Shown here: in pieces, positions 27,898 through 40,056 of the stretch
Layout: each line of letters starts with the position of its first letter
Position numbering within the stretch: position 1 is the first letter of the stretch
Origin: Thermodesulfobacteriota bacterium
GTDB lineage: Bacteria > Desulfobacterota > Desulfobacteria > Desulfobacterales > SURF-7
DNA: 64,000 nt
NCBI GenBank assembly: GCA_049320885.1
Contig: JBMORA010000033.1
Span: 47,500 to 111,499, forward strand
Reading direction: 5' to 3'
Position numbers and translations under genes: made by a program
Notes under the pieces: generated by a model
Told to the model about the DNA's origin: nothing
What the model saw: only the letters and a program-made list of their open reading frames with translations
Databases searched by the model: none

Positions 27898-29151
27898 TCA
27901 GGCGGGGAAAACGTGCGGGGGAAATGAAGATTTTTCGAAATGCTTCCCGAGGGCCTCGAATAAATCGCGGATCAAACGCCGGGGGTTTTCGATTCGACCA
28001 AGGGCCGGATCTTTCAGCAACCGGTTGGTGCGCTCCATTCCCAGGCGGAATTGGTCGAGCATATCCGCCGGAATTGCATTCGATCCCGTCCCCTGGTGTC
28101 GCTCTTCTCCGCTGTACGCCCGGTTTTCCAGAACGGCTGCGTATCGGGTTTGCTGAACGTCCATGTCCAGAGAGAAGCCGGACAGTTCCGTGGAATCGAA
28201 ATCGATGGATGCCGCCTGGGAGATGGTTTTCCCCATATCGAAGGCATAAAAGGTTTTGGCCAGTCCGGCAATGTCGCCGATGAGTTCCCGGATGGCCGTG
28301 ATTTCATCCTCGTCCAGGTCGCCCCGGATGCTATAGGCGAGGTTCTTTTCCAGGTAGCCGTATTGTTCCGTACGCATGGTACCGCCGTCGGATCCGGCGG
28401 CTGCAAATTGGCTTTGCCCGGCTCCCGCAGTCTGGTGAATATCGATGCTCACCCGGTCGCCGTCACGGGTCATGATGGTGAGACTCAGATTGCGGGACTC
28501 ATCGAAAGCCATCGTTGAATACGAATAACTGCCGGAATCAGCACCGGCGGTTCTGGTCTTGATATCCTGAACCCCCTGCTTGATCAATCCGTACGCCTGA
28601 TCCACCGCATCCATGATCTCTTGAAAATGCTCCGCGCCGGAAAAATCGCCGCGGGTTTGGGAATATCCCCGATCCACTCCCTGCTCCAGACGGCCCGCCC
28701 ATTCATTCCCGCTTGTGGAAGGAGAAATGGCCGGTTTCGTCGCGGCCGGCAGTGACGCTCCCGTTGCTTCGCTCCGGGAAACGGGCCCCGACCCTGTTTC
28801 CACTCCGCCAGCTGCGGTTCCGGACGAAGCCGTTGGTCCAGCCGGAGCTTCTCCGAAGAGCCGGTTCTCAAGCGCTCGCAGAAACCGTCCGGCGATGGAT
28901 GCGGGACTTGTCTTCGCCCGATACGGGCCGGTCTTCCCGATGGCTTGACGATCCATCACCCGTCCCAACTCACCTTCGATCCGGTTGATGAAATGCAGCA
29001 GCCCGGCGTCCGGTTCCGGCTGACTCAGCGAAACCGCGTCCGTTTCCATGGGAAAGGGGGTCGGCCCCGCAATGGGCTGTTCCGTTGTGGTGATGCTTTC
29101 CGGATATCGGGAAGATACAGCCGGGACATGGGATTGGATAGGGTTCAACAT
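27898..29151 (-). CDS. Hypothetical protein, DUF5610-like
   Basis: SD GGAGG; LEQGVDRGY...DQAYGLIKQG, LTIMTRDGDRVSI, YSIRGDLDEDEITAI; family recognised from motifs only. Confidence 0.65.
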   Translation of the reverse strand: MLNPIQSHVPAVSSRYPESITTTEQPIAGPTPFPMETDAVSLSQPEPDAGLLHFINRIEGELGRVMDRQAIGKTGPYRAKTSPASIAGRFLRALENRLFGEAPAGPTASSGTAAGGVETGSGPVSRSEATGASLPAATKPAISPSTSGNEWAGRLEQGVDRGYSQTRGDFSGAEHFQEIMDAVDQAYGLIKQGVQDIKTRTAGADSGSYSYSTMAFDESRNLSLTIMTRDGDRVSIDIHQTAGAGQSQFAAAGSDGGTMRTEQYGYLEKNLAYSIRGDLDEDEITAIRELIGDIAGLAKTFYAFDMGKTISQAASIDFDSTELSGFSLDMDVQQTRYAAVLENRAYSGEERHQGTGSNAIPADMLDQFRLGMERTNRLLKDPALGRIENPRRLIRDLFEALGKHFEKSSFPPHVFPA

Positions 29152-29289
29152 GGGGACGCCTCCTTCCATGGACGCAAGGTCGTTGGGACTGCCGTGTCCC
29201 GGGGGAAAAGCATACCGCCCGCGTCACGAACGGGAATAGCGCTCCCCGCGAAAAAACGAACAGAATGCAATGCTGATTTGTTGATTTTC

Positions 29290-29318
29290 ATATCGGACGA
29301 TTTGTGATAGAACTTTAG
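29290..29318 (-). promoter_or_regulatory. Sigma28 (FliA)-type promoter
   Basis: CTAAAG-N16-CCGATAT on the minus strand. Confidence 0.55.
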
Positions 29319-29353
29319 CAATACTTTTTTAACCCCAACCGAAACGAATAAAC

Positions 29354-29563
29354 ATGCTGTACTATTCAAAATATCTAGCTGTTTTACTGGCCGCCCTGAT
29401 CCTGGGCCGCTGGTTCGATCAGGAACGAAAACGTCTTCGCGCCCAGGGTTTGCCCTGGCATCATGCCTGGCGGACCACCCCCGGTGTGATCATCATCATC
29501 TGCATCGGTCTGCTGATCGCCCTGCGACTGTTGCTGTCATTCCGTCTCCCTGGCGGATGGTAA
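29354..29563 (+). CDS. Small two-TM hypothetical protein
   Basis: 69 aa, two hydrophobic segments around a basic loop. Confidence 0.6.
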   Translation: MLYYSKYLAVLLAALILGRWFDQERKRLRAQGLPWHHAWRTTPGVIIIICIGLLIALRLLLSFRLPGGW

Positions 29564-29598
29564 GAAGCTGTCAACCAAATCCAGAGGCATTGCATGCA

Positions 29599-30006
29599 AT
29601 GGAACACATGAAAACCGTGGTTGATCACGATCGTTTTGCCGCCCATGTGGGAATCCGTCTGACGGCGGTGGGTGCGGGATATGCCCGCGCCGAGCTGGAT
29701 GTGGCGGATTGTCATCTGAACGGTCTGGGAACCGCCCATGGCGGCGTCATTTTCACCCTGGCGGATCTGGCGTTCGCCGCGGCCTCCAATTCCCATGGTA
29801 TCGACGCCATGGCGGTGACCGTCCATATTTCCTATTTCAAGGCCGTGCGGGAAGGGACATTGATCGCCGAAGCCACGGAATTGTCCCTGAACCGGAAACT
29901 CGCCACCTATGCCGTCCACGTTTCCGAAAAAAACGGTGACCGGGTGGCCGCCTTTGTCGGAACCGCCTACCGCAAATCACCAAAGGACGGGGCGGGCCGT
30001 TCATAG
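29599..30006 (+). CDS. PaaI-family hotdog thioesterase
   Basis: DRFAAHVGI, HLNGLGTAHGGVIFTLADLAFA. Confidence 0.9.
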   Translation: MEHMKTVVDHDRFAAHVGIRLTAVGAGYARAELDVADCHLNGLGTAHGGVIFTLADLAFAAASNSHGIDAMAVTVHISYFKAVREGTLIAEATELSLNRKLATYAVHVSEKNGDRVAAFVGTAYRKSPKDGAGRS

Positions 30007-30021
30007 CTCCCGATGCCGGGG

Positions 30022-31446
30022 TCAGCAGATCTTCTCCAGGCAATCCTTCGAGAGCGTGCCGTCGAAGTCCACGGCATAGCATCCGTCGAAACAGGCCTTG
30101 CAGAAATTGTTTCCCGGATCATTGGTTCCCGTTGACTCCAGCAATCCTTCCAGGCTGAGATAATGGAGGCTGTCCAGCCCGAGAAACTCCCGCAATTCGG
30201 GGATGGTCTTGGTGGCGGCGATCAGCTCGCCTTTGGTGGAAAAATCAATGCCGTAATGGCAGGGGAACCGGTGGGGCGGACAGGCGATCCGCATGTGCAC
30301 CTGTTTGACACCCAGCTCGCGCAGGGCCTTGACCCGTGTTTTGGCGGTGGTGCCGCGGATGATCGAATCCTCGATGATGATGATGTCCTTGCCGGCCAGC
30401 AGTTGTTTGACGGGATTCAGCTTGATCCGCACTCCGAAATCCCGCATGTTCTGGGTGGGCTGGATAAAAGTCCGGCCCACGTAGTGGTTGCGGATCATGC
30501 CGATTTCAAATGGGATGCCGGAAGCCTCGCTGTATCCCAGCGCCGCGTAATTTCCGGAATCCGGAAAAGGCATCACCAGATCCGCCGCAACGGGCGCCTC
30601 CAGGGCCAGTCGCCGGCCGTGATCCTTGCGGACCATGTACACATTCTTATCAAAAAAAGTGCTGTCGGGCCGGGCGAAATAGATATATTCGAAAATACAG
30701 AAGGCCCGTTTGACCGCCGGATGGGGTTTGATGCTGCGGATGCCTTCCCGCGAGATAATGACGATCTCCCCGGGATCCAATTCACGGACGAATTCGGCTT
30801 GCAGCAGATCCAGGGCGCAGGATTCCGATGCCAGAATGTAATTTCCGTTGAGCCTGCCGAGACACAGGGGGCGGAAACCGTTGGGGTCCTTGATGCCGAT
30901 GATCTCTCCCTTGCCGGTCAAGACCACGAACGAATAGGCCCCCTTGAGCCGCAGCACCGTCCGGGTGAGGGCTTCTTCCAACCCGCCGTATTTCAAGTTT
31001 TTGACAAACAGGTGCAAGGCCACTTCGCTGTCCATGGTGGTTTGGAAGATGGAGCCTTCCTCCTCCAGTTCTTCCTTCAGGATATGCGCGTTGACCAGGT
31101 TGCCGTTGTGGGCCACGGCATAGGATTTTCCACGGTGGTGCACCACGAAAGGCTGGGCGTTGGCAAGGGTGGAACTGCCGGTGGTGGAATACCGCACATG
31201 ACCGATGGCGCTGCCGCCCTGAAGTTGTTCCAAATGGTTGATGTCGAACACATCCGCCACCAGTCCCATCCCTTTATGGGCCGTAATGCGTTTGTCCCGG
31301 GCGACCGTGATGCCGGCACTTTCCTGGCCCCGGTGTTGAAGCGCGTACAGGCCGAAATACGTCAGTTTGGCGGCTTCCGGATGGTCGAAAATCCCGAAGA
31401 TGCCGCAGGCTTCCCGAGGTCGCTTGTCGATGGGGGTGCTAGGCAT
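30022..31446 (-). CDS. purF: Amidophosphoribosyltransferase
   Basis: [34 protein letters not shown]. Confidence 0.96.
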   Translation of the reverse strand: MPSTPIDKRPREACGIFGIFDHPEAAKLTYFGLYALQHRGQESAGITVARDKRITAHKGMGLVADVFDINHLEQLQGGSAIGHVRYSTTGSSTLANAQPFVVHHRGKSYAVAHNGNLVNAHILKEELEEEGSIFQTTMDSEVALHLFVKNLKYGGLEEALTRTVLRLKGAYSFVVLTGKGEIIGIKDPNGFRPLCLGRLNGNYILASESCALDLLQAEFVRELDPGEIVIISREGIRSIKPHPAVKRAFCIFEYIYFARPDSTFFDKNVYMVRKDHGRRLALEAPVAADLVMPFPDSGNYAALGYSEASGIPFEIGMIRNHYVGRTFIQPTQNMRDFGVRIKLNPVKQLLAGKDIIIIEDSIIRGTTAKTRVKALRELGVKQVHMRIACPPHRFPCHYGIDFSTKGELIAATKTIPELREFLGLDSLHYLSLEGLLESTGTNDPGNNFCKACFDGCYAVDFDGTLSKDCLEKIC

Positions 31447-34400
31447 GGTATTCCTGTATGGTCCTTACGGACAGTTTTTTGTTTTTCAGCGCGGCGATCC
31501 CTTCGCAGACAGCCCGGGCCCCCGCCACCGTCGTGGCGTAGGGAATGAAGTATTTCAGCGCCGCCCGCCGGATCAGATACCCGTCCTGCCGGGGTTCATC
31601 CCCCAGGCCGGTATTGATAATCAACTGAATTTCACGATTTTTAATGGCATCCACCGCATGGGGCCGGCCGATGGAAACCTTGTTGATTCGCGCATTCTCA
31701 ATGCCGTGCTCCGCGAGATAACGCGAAGTCCCCCGGGTGGCCATGATGCGGAAGCCCATATCCCGAAACTTTTCCGCCACCTTCAGAATGGACGGTTTGT
31801 CCTCGTTTTTGACGCTGATGAACACGGTCCCCTCGGTGGGCAGGTTCTGCCTTGCTCCCAGTTGGGCCTTGGCGAAGGCCGCACCGAAATCCTCTCCCAG
31901 ACCCATGACTTCTCCAGTGGATTTCATTTCCGGACCCAGCAGCGTATCCACTCCCGGGAACCGATCGAAGGGCAGCACAGCTTCCTTAACCGACACATGG
32001 GTTGGAATGATTTCCTCGGTAAATCCGAGCTCCTGCAGCGTGCGGCCGATCATCACCTTGGTAGCCAGCTTGGCCAGGGGAACTCCGGTGGCCTTGCTGA
32101 CAAAGGGGACGGTCCGCGACGCCCGGGGGTTGACTTCGATCACAAACAGCTGGTTGTCCTTGATGGCGTATTGAACATTCATCAGGCCGACGACGTTCAG
32201 CTCGGCAGCCATGGCTTTGGTGGCGCGCGTGATCTCGGCCTGCATTTCCGGCGCCACATGCGCGGGCGGAAGCACGCAGGCCGAATCACCGGAATGAATC
32301 CCGGCCTCCTCGATATGTTCCATGATCCCGCCGATGATGGTGGTCCGGCCGTCGGAAATGGCGTCCACGTCCAGCTCCACCGCATCTTCCAGAAACTTGT
32401 CGATGAGCACCGGGTGTCCCGGCGAAGCCTCGATGGCGAGACGGGTGAAGTTCTCCAGCTCCGATCTTTGATAAACGATTTTCATGGCCCGGCCGCCGAG
32501 CACATAGGATGGACGCACAATGACGGGATAACCGATTTCTTCGGCGATGACGACGGCCCCGGCCGCATCCACGGCGGTTCCGTTCGCTGGCTGCTTCAGC
32601 CCGAGCTTTTGCAGCATGGCCTGAAACAAGCGCCGGTCTTCGGCCCGATCGATGCTTTCCGGCTGGGTGCCGAGGATGGGCACACCGGCCCGATGAAGTG
32701 GAACCGCGAGGTTCAGCGGGGTCTGTCCGCCGAATTGGACGATGACGCCCATGGGCTTTTCCGTTTCGATGATATGGAGGACATCTTCTTTCGTCAGGGG
32801 TTCGAAATACAATTTGTCCGACGTGTCGTAATCGGTGCTGACCGTTTCGGGATTGCTGTTGACCATGATGCTTTCGACGCCCTCCTCCCGCAGGGCGAAG
32901 GAGGCCTGAACGCAGCAATAATCGAATTCAATACCCTGACCGATGCGGTTGGGTCCGCCGCCGAGGATCATCACTTTCCGCCGGTCCGTGACCCTTACCT
33001 CATTCTCCGTTTCGTAGGTCGAGTAGTAGTACGGAGTGGCGGCGCGAAACTCGGCCGCGCAGGTATCCACCAGTTTATACACCGGACGGATGCCGGCCGC
33101 GTAACGTTGTTGCCGGACAGCCTCATCGGTTGCAGCGGTGATATGCGCCAGCTGAATATCGGAAAAGCCGTGGGACTTGGCCTTGCGCAGCAATTCATCC
33201 GGCAGGCGTTTTCCCGCATGGGTTCTCAATTCCGTTTCGAGATCGACGATCTGCCGGATCTGGTATAGAAACCAGGGGTCGATCCGGGTCATCTCGTGGA
33301 TCTCCTCAATGGACCTGCCGCTCAACAGGGCGTCCCGCAGATAAAAATAGCGCTGGGAATTGGGCGTGGACAGCTTCTGTTCGATTTCCGATTTGGACGC
33401 CCGGAACGGGTCGATCAGGTCTTTGCCGTCGGCGCCCAGGCCATGACGGCCGATTTCCAGCGACCGGATGCCTTTCTGAAAGGCCTCCTTGAAGGTTCTG
33501 CCGATGGCCATGGTTTCCCCCACGGATTTCATGGCGGTGGTGAGATAATCATCGGTCTCGGGAAATTTTTCAAAGGCCCAGCGCGGAATCTTGACCACGC
33601 AATAATCCAGGGTCGGCTCAAAGGCCGCCAGGGTTTCGCCGGTGATATCGTTGGGGATTTCATCCAGGGTATAGCCCACGGCCAGCTTGGCGGCGATCTT
33701 GGCGATGGGGAAACCGGTGGCCTTGGAAGCCAGGGCGCTGCTCCGGGAAACGCGCGGATTCATTTCCACTACGATCATTTCGCCGGTGCGGGGATTGATG
33801 GCGAACTGCACGTTGGAGCCGCCCGTATCCACTCCGATCTCCCGCATGATGGCGATGGAGGCGTCCCGCATCATCTGGTATTCCCGGTCCGTCAGTGTCT
33901 GGGCCGGCGCCACCGTAATGCTGTCCCCGGTATGAATACCCATGGGATCCATATTTTCGATGGAACAGATGATCACCACATTGTCGTTGTGATCCCGCAT
34001 GACTTCCAGCTCATATTCCTTCCAGCCCAACACGGATTCTTCCAGCATCACCTGTCCGATGAGGCTGGCGTCCAGACCGGATTTGGCCAGCAGCTCCAGA
34101 TCGTCCGGATTGTAGGCCACTCCGCCGCCGGTTCCCCCCAGGGTGAAACTGGGCCGCACGATGATCGGATAGCCGATTTCCTCGCCGATGGTCCGGACCG
34201 CATCCATGTCCTTGGCAAAACCGCTTTTGGGAATCCGCAGGCCGATTTTCTCCATGGCGTGGCGGAAACGCTCCCGATCCTCCGCTTTCTGGATCGATTC
34301 GATGGAGGCCCCGATCAGTTCCACGCCGAAAAGGTCCAGGATCCCCATCCGGGCCACTTCCACGGCGGTATTCAACCCGGTCTGGCCACCCAGGGTCGGC

Positions 34401-34660
34401 AACAGGGCGTCGGGACGCTCCTTTTCGATGATCTGGGCCACCACCTGGGCGGTGATGGGTTCGATATAGGTGGCGTCGGCCATTTCCGGATCGGTCATGA
34501 TGGTGGCCGGGTTGCTGTTGATCAGAATCACCTTGTAGCCTTCTTCTTTCAAGGCTTTACAGGCCTGGGTGCCGGAATAGTCGAATTCGCAGGCCTGGCT
34601 GATGATGATGGGCCCGGCGCCGATGATCATGACTTTGTGGATATCTGTACGTTTCGGCAT
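31439..34660 (-). CDS. carB: Carbamoyl-phosphate synthase large subunit
   Basis: [30 protein letters not shown]; 1073 aa. Confidence 0.98.
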   Translation of the reverse strand: MPKRTDIHKVMIIGAGPIIISQACEFDYSGTQACKALKEEGYKVILINSNPATIMTDPEMADATYIEPITAQVVAQIIEKERPDALLPTLGGQTGLNTAVEVARMGILDLFGVELIGASIESIQKAEDRERFRHAMEKIGLRIPKSGFAKDMDAVRTIGEEIGYPIIVRPSFTLGGTGGGVAYNPDDLELLAKSGLDASLIGQVMLEESVLGWKEYELEVMRDHNDNVVIICSIENMDPMGIHTGDSITVAPAQTLTDREYQMMRDASIAIMREIGVDTGGSNVQFAINPRTGEMIVVEMNPRVSRSSALASKATGFPIAKIAAKLAVGYTLDEIPNDITGETLAAFEPTLDYCVVKIPRWAFEKFPETDDYLTTAMKSVGETMAIGRTFKEAFQKGIRSLEIGRHGLGADGKDLIDPFRASKSEIEQKLSTPNSQRYFYLRDALLSGRSIEEIHEMTRIDPWFLYQIRQIVDLETELRTHAGKRLPDELLRKAKSHGFSDIQLAHITAATDEAVRQQRYAAGIRPVYKLVDTCAAEFRAATPYYYSTYETENEVRVTDRRKVMILGGGPNRIGQGIEFDYCCVQASFALREEGVESIMVNSNPETVSTDYDTSDKLYFEPLTKEDVLHIIETEKPMGVIVQFGGQTPLNLAVPLHRAGVPILGTQPESIDRAEDRRLFQAMLQKLGLKQPANGTAVDAAGAVVIAEEIGYPVIVRPSYVLGGRAMKIVYQRSELENFTRLAIEASPGHPVLIDKFLEDAVELDVDAISDGRTTIIGGIMEHIEEAGIHSGDSACVLPPAHVAPEMQAEITRATKAMAAELNVVGLMNVQYAIKDNQLFVIEVNPRASRTVPFVSKATGVPLAKLATKVMIGRTLQELGFTEEIIPTHVSVKEAVLPFDRFPGVDTLLGPEMKSTGEVMGLGEDFGAAFAKAQLGARQNLPTEGTVFISVKNEDKPSILKVAEKFRDMGFRIMATRGTSRYLAEHGIENARINKVSIGRPHAVDAIKNREIQLIINTGLGDEPRQDGYLIRRAALKYFIPYATTVAGARAVCEGIAALKNKKLSVRTIQEYHA

Positions 34661-34701
34661 GGTGTCAACTCACATGGCAATGTCCGTTCCCGGCTGACCG
34701 C

Positions 34702-35847
34702 TCATCGGGAACGATGCTGTTTCATCATGGTGGCAAACTCTTCAAACAGGTATCCGCTGTCATGGGGGCCGGGGGCAGCCTCGGGATGGTATTGCACGGC
34801 GAACAGGGGACAGGTGCGATGCCGGAACCCTTCGAAAGTGTTGTCGTTCAGATTGATATGGGTGACCTCGATGTCCTTTCCCACCATGCTGTCCGTGTCC
34901 ACCGCAAAACCATGGTTCTGCGACGTGATTTCCACCCTTCCGCTGATCAGGTTCTTCACCGGCTGATTGGCGCCCCGGTGACCGAATTTCAGTTTGAAAG
35001 TTTTTCCCCCGAGGGCCAGCCCCAGGAGCTGATTGCCCAGACAAATACCGAAAATCGGACGAAAACCGATGAGGTTGCGGATGGTCGCCACAATATGGGT
35101 CAACGGTTCCGGATCCCCTGGACCGTTGGAAAGAAAAATGCCGTCCGGTTCCAGCTGCTTGACGATTTCCGCCGGGGTGTCGGCCGGGACCACCAGAACC
35201 TCGCATCCGGCCCGTTCAAGGCTTCTCAATATATTGTATTTAATTCCGAAATCGAAGGCCACCACCGAAAAACGGGTATCCCGTTTTTCCCAGATATGCC
35301 GGTCCAGCCGGATGTCTTCAGGGTCGAAGTGAACTTTATCCCGATCCCAGAAATACGGTTTCGGGGTGGTCACCTTGTGTACGAGGTCCAGCCCCGCCAT
35401 ACCGGGAATGGAACGGGCTTTGGCCGCCAGGGAGACAGGATCCAGATCGGCAGTGGATATCACCGCCCGCATGGCGCCCGCATTGCGGATATGCAGGGTC
35501 AGCGCGCGGGTGTCGAAGCTGTCGACGCCCATCACGTTTTGGGCCCTCAAATAATCCGCCAGTGAACCGGTGGCGCGGAAATTGCTCAGCCCCGCCTGGT
35601 ATTCCCTGACCAGAAAAGCCGCCACCTGAACCCTGTCCGACTCCACATCCTCCGGGTTGACCCCGTAATTGCCGATGAGCGGATAGGTCATGGCCACCAT
35701 CTGTCCACGGTAGGAAGGATCGGTCAACACCTCCTGGTAACCGGACATGGCCGTGTTGAAAACAACCTCTCCGGCGGTTTCCCCCGCGCCCGTGAAACTG
35801 CGGCAGGGGAAGGTCCTTCCGTCCTCTAAAACCAACAGTGCTTCCAT
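34702..35847 (-). CDS. carA: Carbamoyl-phosphate synthase small subunit
   Basis: LVLEDG, GEVVFNT, LSNGPGDP, GICLG, QYHPEA; ATG at 35847. Confidence 0.97.
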   Translation of the reverse strand: MEALLVLEDGRTFPCRSFTGAGETAGEVVFNTAMSGYQEVLTDPSYRGQMVAMTYPLIGNYGVNPEDVESDRVQVAAFLVREYQAGLSNFRATGSLADYLRAQNVMGVDSFDTRALTLHIRNAGAMRAVISTADLDPVSLAAKARSIPGMAGLDLVHKVTTPKPYFWDRDKVHFDPEDIRLDRHIWEKRDTRFSVVAFDFGIKYNILRSLERAGCEVLVVPADTPAEIVKQLEPDGIFLSNGPGDPEPLTHIVATIRNLIGFRPIFGICLGNQLLGLALGGKTFKLKFGHRGANQPVKNLISGRVEITSQNHGFAVDTDSMVGKDIEVTHINLNDNTFEGFRHRTCPLFAVQYHPEAAPGPHDSGYLFEEFATMMKQHRSR

Positions 35848-36030
35848 CGTCAACCCCGTTTTTGACTGATCAGGCGGTATGTCCATGCGCCGAAACCGAC
35901 GCGAAAGCCTTTTCGGCCGGCAGCCATCACCCTGCTTCAACCCCTCCTGAAAAGCATGTCTCCCTTAGCACATTCTGATGATAAATCAATATAAATAGTG
36001 CCAAGGCTTCCGTCCACGGAAGGCCACCCA

Positions 36031-38358
36031 TCACCCAATGGGCTCATTGGCCGTCAAGCCCCATACTCCGCAGGGGCAGGCCCCGGCGCAGAACCCGCAG
36101 CCGATGCATTTATCCCCGTCCACCTCGTAGGCGTATTCCCCTCCGCCTTTGTCCGTCCGCCGGATGGCTCCCTGGGGGCAGATGGAGACGCAGATTCCGC
36201 AATCCCGGCAGTTGCCGCAGGAGGCGCACTGGGAGCCACATTTTTCGGGGCTCTCCAAATCCGTGATCCTGGGGTCGAAATATTCCAGGGATATCCTGCC
36301 GCGATCGATAACACTGCCGGCGGCAATCGCGGCTTCACGTCCGGAAAGCAGCGCGTCGATGACCGCGGCGGCTTTCCTTCCGGCGCCGATGGCGTCCGTC
36401 AGCAATCCCGGCTTAACGATATCCCCCACGGCGAAAATTTTCGGATCCGACGTCTGAAAGCGGTCGTCGACTTTGACATATCCTCTCTCCGTATCCACGC
36501 TCTCCGGCAGGAAATCCAGGTCCGGAATATCCCCGATGGAGATCACCACCAGATCCGCGGGCAATACTTCACCGGTGGTCAACAGAACCCCCTGATCGAG
36601 GATTTCCTGTGTGAAACACGGCCAGCGGAAAACCGCGCCGGCGGCTTCGGCTTCCCGGCGCTCCTTGCCGAAGGAAGCCGGTTCCTGCACATCGATGAGC
36701 AGAAGATCCGTCGCGCCCAACCGGTGGGCTTCCGTGGCGACATCGCAACCGACGTTGCCGGCGCCGATAACCACGACCCGCTGGCCCGGTTTGATCCGGT
36801 TTTCCTTGGCGGCCGCCAGGAAGTCCTGGGCCGTAACCAGTTTCTCCTTGCCGGGTACGGACAGCGTGCGGGCCTTCCGGGCTCCGGCGGCCAGCACCAG
36901 ATAGTCGAAATCCTGCTTGAGGCGCTCGGTTTCTTCGCGGGAGAGCCGCTGTTGCAGATGGACATGCGGGATCACCTTGCGGACCCGGTCGAGTTCCGCC
37001 GCGAGGACATCTTTCGGAATCCGGGTCTCCGGAATCAGATGGGAAATCTTGCCGCCCAGGACCGATGACATATCATAGACCACGGCCTCATGTCCCCCGC
37101 GGCGCAGCTGCCAGGCAATGGAAATCCCGGCGGGCCCCCCGCCTACGACGGCAATGCGCCGGCCGCTCAATTCCGGCATTTCCGGCAGCCCGGCCTTGAC
37201 ACTGGCTTTACCGATCTGAGTGGTATCCACCGGCATCATCCCGGCAATCTGCCGGGTGCATGCCTGCATGCAGGGGTTGGGGCACAAATAACCGCAAACG
37301 GTCGCGGGAAAGGGCGTGTAGGCCAGGGCCAGATCAACGGCTTCATCAACCCTTCCTTCCCGGATCAGCCGCCAGCGTTCATGGATGGGAATCCCGGTGG
37401 GACAGCTGGCTTCGCAAGGCGCCAGATAGGTGCGGTTTTCCCAAACCGGGATGAAACGGCGCATATCGCCGGTGGTAATCAGGGGGATCGGACTGCGGTC
37501 ATTTGTGACCAGATCGCCGATCAACCCTCCAGCACCGAGCTCCGCATCCCATATATCCTTACGAAAGGAAGCCATGGAACGTCTTTGGGCGGCACCACGC
37601 TCCTGGGGCGAACGGGCCCGCAACAGCTGCCACGACTCCCGGATCCCCAGTTCCCAAAACAGCTCGCTGCGATGGATCCGGGCAAGAAATTGTTTCAAAT
37701 TTTCCGTCAGCCAGGCCCAATCCTCATCCGAAATGGCAATCAACCTGGCGTCACTCTGGCTGAAACCGGCATGGGGGCCCCGGAAAAACACCTGCCCCCC
37801 CACCATGCCCACAAAGGGACGATGTCCAAGGATGTTATTCGGATCCTGAGGGTTCACGCCGCAAATGACCGCCACCCCGCCGGCCATGAACTCCCCGAAA
37901 TAATCCCCCACCGAACCGAGCACCCAGACTTGCGGAGGCTCAAAGCGGGGATTGCGCTTGGTCATGGTCATCCCGCGCGCGCCGATATTTCCGGCCACAA
38001 AGATTTTCCCCTGGGCCATGGCATTGGCCAGGCCGTTTCCGGCATGCCCATGAACGACGATTTCAGCGCCGGCATTGAGCCAGCCGACATCATCGGATGC
38101 CGGCCCCATGACGTCGATCATCGTATTGGGAAAACCGAAAGAGCCAACCCGCTGCCCGGCCTGACCCTCGATTCGGACATGAACCGGATCCGTTCCGGCT
38201 TTCCAGAGTCGCCCTCCCAGTCCATGCTGACCATAGGCTTGAATCAACAGGCGCCGCTTTCCATCGGCCACCGCCCGTTGGATCGTCTCTTCCAGCACCC
38301 TCGATTCCAGACGATCGCCCTGCACTTTTCCCGTTATAACAGTGTATTCATTCTGCAT
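36031..38358 (-). CDS. Fusion of GltB-type GXGXG domain, GltD-like FAD/NAD(P) oxidoreductase and ferredoxin
   Basis: GXGXG repeats (GDYFGEFMAGG), CEASCP, VVGGGPAG, VIGAGNVG, two C-terminal CxxCxxCxxxC. Confidence 0.88.
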   Translation of the reverse strand: MQNEYTVITGKVQGDRLESRVLEETIQRAVADGKRRLLIQAYGQHGLGGRLWKAGTDPVHVRIEGQAGQRVGSFGFPNTMIDVMGPASDDVGWLNAGAEIVVHGHAGNGLANAMAQGKIFVAGNIGARGMTMTKRNPRFEPPQVWVLGSVGDYFGEFMAGGVAVICGVNPQDPNNILGHRPFVGMVGGQVFFRGPHAGFSQSDARLIAISDEDWAWLTENLKQFLARIHRSELFWELGIRESWQLLRARSPQERGAAQRRSMASFRKDIWDAELGAGGLIGDLVTNDRSPIPLITTGDMRRFIPVWENRTYLAPCEASCPTGIPIHERWRLIREGRVDEAVDLALAYTPFPATVCGYLCPNPCMQACTRQIAGMMPVDTTQIGKASVKAGLPEMPELSGRRIAVVGGGPAGISIAWQLRRGGHEAVVYDMSSVLGGKISHLIPETRIPKDVLAAELDRVRKVIPHVHLQQRLSREETERLKQDFDYLVLAAGARKARTLSVPGKEKLVTAQDFLAAAKENRIKPGQRVVVIGAGNVGCDVATEAHRLGATDLLLIDVQEPASFGKERREAEAAGAVFRWPCFTQEILDQGVLLTTGEVLPADLVVISIGDIPDLDFLPESVDTERGYVKVDDRFQTSDPKIFAVGDIVKPGLLTDAIGAGRKAAAVIDALLSGREAAIAAGSVIDRGRISLEYFDPRITDLESPEKCGSQCASCGNCRDCGICVSICPQGAIRRTDKGGGEYAYEVDGDKCIGCGFCAGACPCGVWGLTANEPIG

Positions 38359-38421
38359 TCCTGCCTCCGAATCACGGCCCGGATTTTCCATCCCCCATGC
38401 CGTTGACCTTCCGCCTGCCGT

Positions 38422-40056
38422 TTACACCACATATTTGATTTTCAATCTCTCGGCGGCATTGACATCGTCAATCCCCAGGGCGTCTGACATCCCCACCGGC
38501 AGAGAAGTGGAGCGCCCCAGCGGAGCGATGATCTTTTTCAGTTCCGTATCAAAACTCAAATAGACGTCCACCACCCGCTGGGCCACGTCCTCGGCATTCA
38601 GCCGCCGGTAAAGACGGGGATCCTGGGAGGTGATGCCCTTGGGACAGAGCCCGATGTTGCAGATGTTGCAACGGTCGCCTTCCGATCCCAGGCAACCGGC
38701 GGCGGCCTGCATGATATATTTGCCGATCTGCACGCCGCTGGCCCCCAGCATGATCAAGGCCGCCGCATTGGCCGCCAGGTTGCCGGTTTTGCCCACGCCG
38801 CCCCCGGCAAACAGGGGGATCTCGTTCTGTTTGCCCAGATTGACCAGGTTCAGGTAACAATCCCGGATATTGCTGGCGATGGGGTGACCCATGCTGTTCA
38901 TGGAAACATTGTAGGCCGCTCCGGTACCGCCGTCCTCGCCGTCAATGGCCAGTCCGGCCGCGTAGGAATTGCGGGTCAGGTTGTTGAGCACCGCCAGGCT
39001 TGTCGAGGTCGCGGATATTTTGGGATAAACCGGCACCCGGAAGCCCCAGGCCATGTACATGGACTGAATCATCTTGGCCACGGCCTCCTCAATGGAATAT
39101 TTCGTCTGATGGGTCGGCGGACTCGGCAGGCTGATCCTCTCGGGAACCCCCCGGATGGCGGCGATCAGCTTGTTGACCTTGTACCACATCAAGAGCCCGC
39201 CATCCCCCGGCTTGGCGCCCTGTCCGTATTTGATTTCCACCGCGCAGGGATCTACTTTCATTTCCGGAATCGCATGAATGATTTCATCCCAGCCGAAATA
39301 ACCGCTGGCGATCTGCAGGATGACATACTGCAAAAAACGGCTGCGCAACAACCGCGGAGGGCAACCGCCCTCGCCGGTGCACATGCGCACCGGCATTTTC
39401 AGCTCCTCATTCAGATACGCCACCCCCATTTGAAGCCCTTCCCACATGGGCGGAGACAAGGCGCCGAAAGACATGCTGCCGATCACCAGCGGATAGATTT
39501 CCCGGACCGGAGGAATCCAGCCGTTTTCCCGCATATGCTGCAAGCCCTGCTCCGGTGGCAGCACCCTGCCCAGCAATGTCCGGATTTCAAATTCATGCCG
39601 GCCGGCATCCAACGCCGGATCTGTCAGCATGGAAATGCGGATGAATTTGATGCGATCCAGAATCCCGCCCGGCACATTGCGGCGGCCGCCTCGGCTGCGC
39701 GGCTGTCCGCCCCGGTTGATGTGATAAACCAGTTTATCCGCCTCGTCGCTCTTGACGGGGATGATGGCGCCGTTGGGACAGACCAGATTGCACATGGCGC
39801 ATCCCACGCAGGCATACCCGGGATCGGTTTTCTGGCGGATACCGTGATACACCTTGAATATGCTGGACGACGCCTTCTCGATACCCAGGGCCGTCTCCAC
39901 CACCCGTTTGCGGTGGACCCCGAGTTCAATGGCATTCACCGGGCAGACCGCTGTACAGCTGCCGCACAGGGTGCATTTTTCCTTGTCCCACAGAACCTGC
40001 CACGGCAGATCCTTGACGCTCAGTGTAGATGGGGTAATCGGTCTGTTTGACGGCAT
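38422..40056 (-). CDS. Glutamate synthase FMN-binding subunit with N-terminal ferredoxin
   Basis: MSFGALS, CTGEGG, IKYGQGAKPGDGG, CNIGLCPKGITSQ. Confidence 0.9.
   Translation of the reverse strand: MPSNRPITPSTLSVKDLPWQVLWDKEKCTLCGSCTAVCPVNAIELGVHRKRVVETALGIEKASSSIFKVYHGIRQKTDPGYACVGCAMCNLVCPNGAIIPVKSDEADKLVYHINRGGQPRSRGGRRNVPGGILDRIKFIRISMLTDPALDAGRHEFEIRTLLGRVLPPEQGLQHMRENGWIPPVREIYPLVIGSMSFGALSPPMWEGLQMGVAYLNEELKMPVRMCTGEGGCPPRLLRSRFLQYVILQIASGYFGWDEIIHAIPEMKVDPCAVEIKYGQGAKPGDGGLLMWYKVNKLIAAIRGVPERISLPSPPTHQTKYSIEEAVAKMIQSMYMAWGFRVPVYPKISATSTSLAVLNNLTRNSYAAGLAIDGEDGGTGAAYNVSMNSMGHPIASNIRDCYLNLVNLGKQNEIPLFAGGGVGKTGNLAANAAALIMLGASGVQIGKYIMQAAAGCLGSEGDRCNICNIGLCPKGITSQDPRLYRRLNAEDVAQRVVDVYLSFDTELKKIIAPLGRSTSLPVGMSDALGIDDVNAAERLKIKYVV

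Noticed and set aside
35988..36004. TGGCAC on the minus strand upstream of carA as a sigma54 promoter
   Set aside because: No GC at the -12 position
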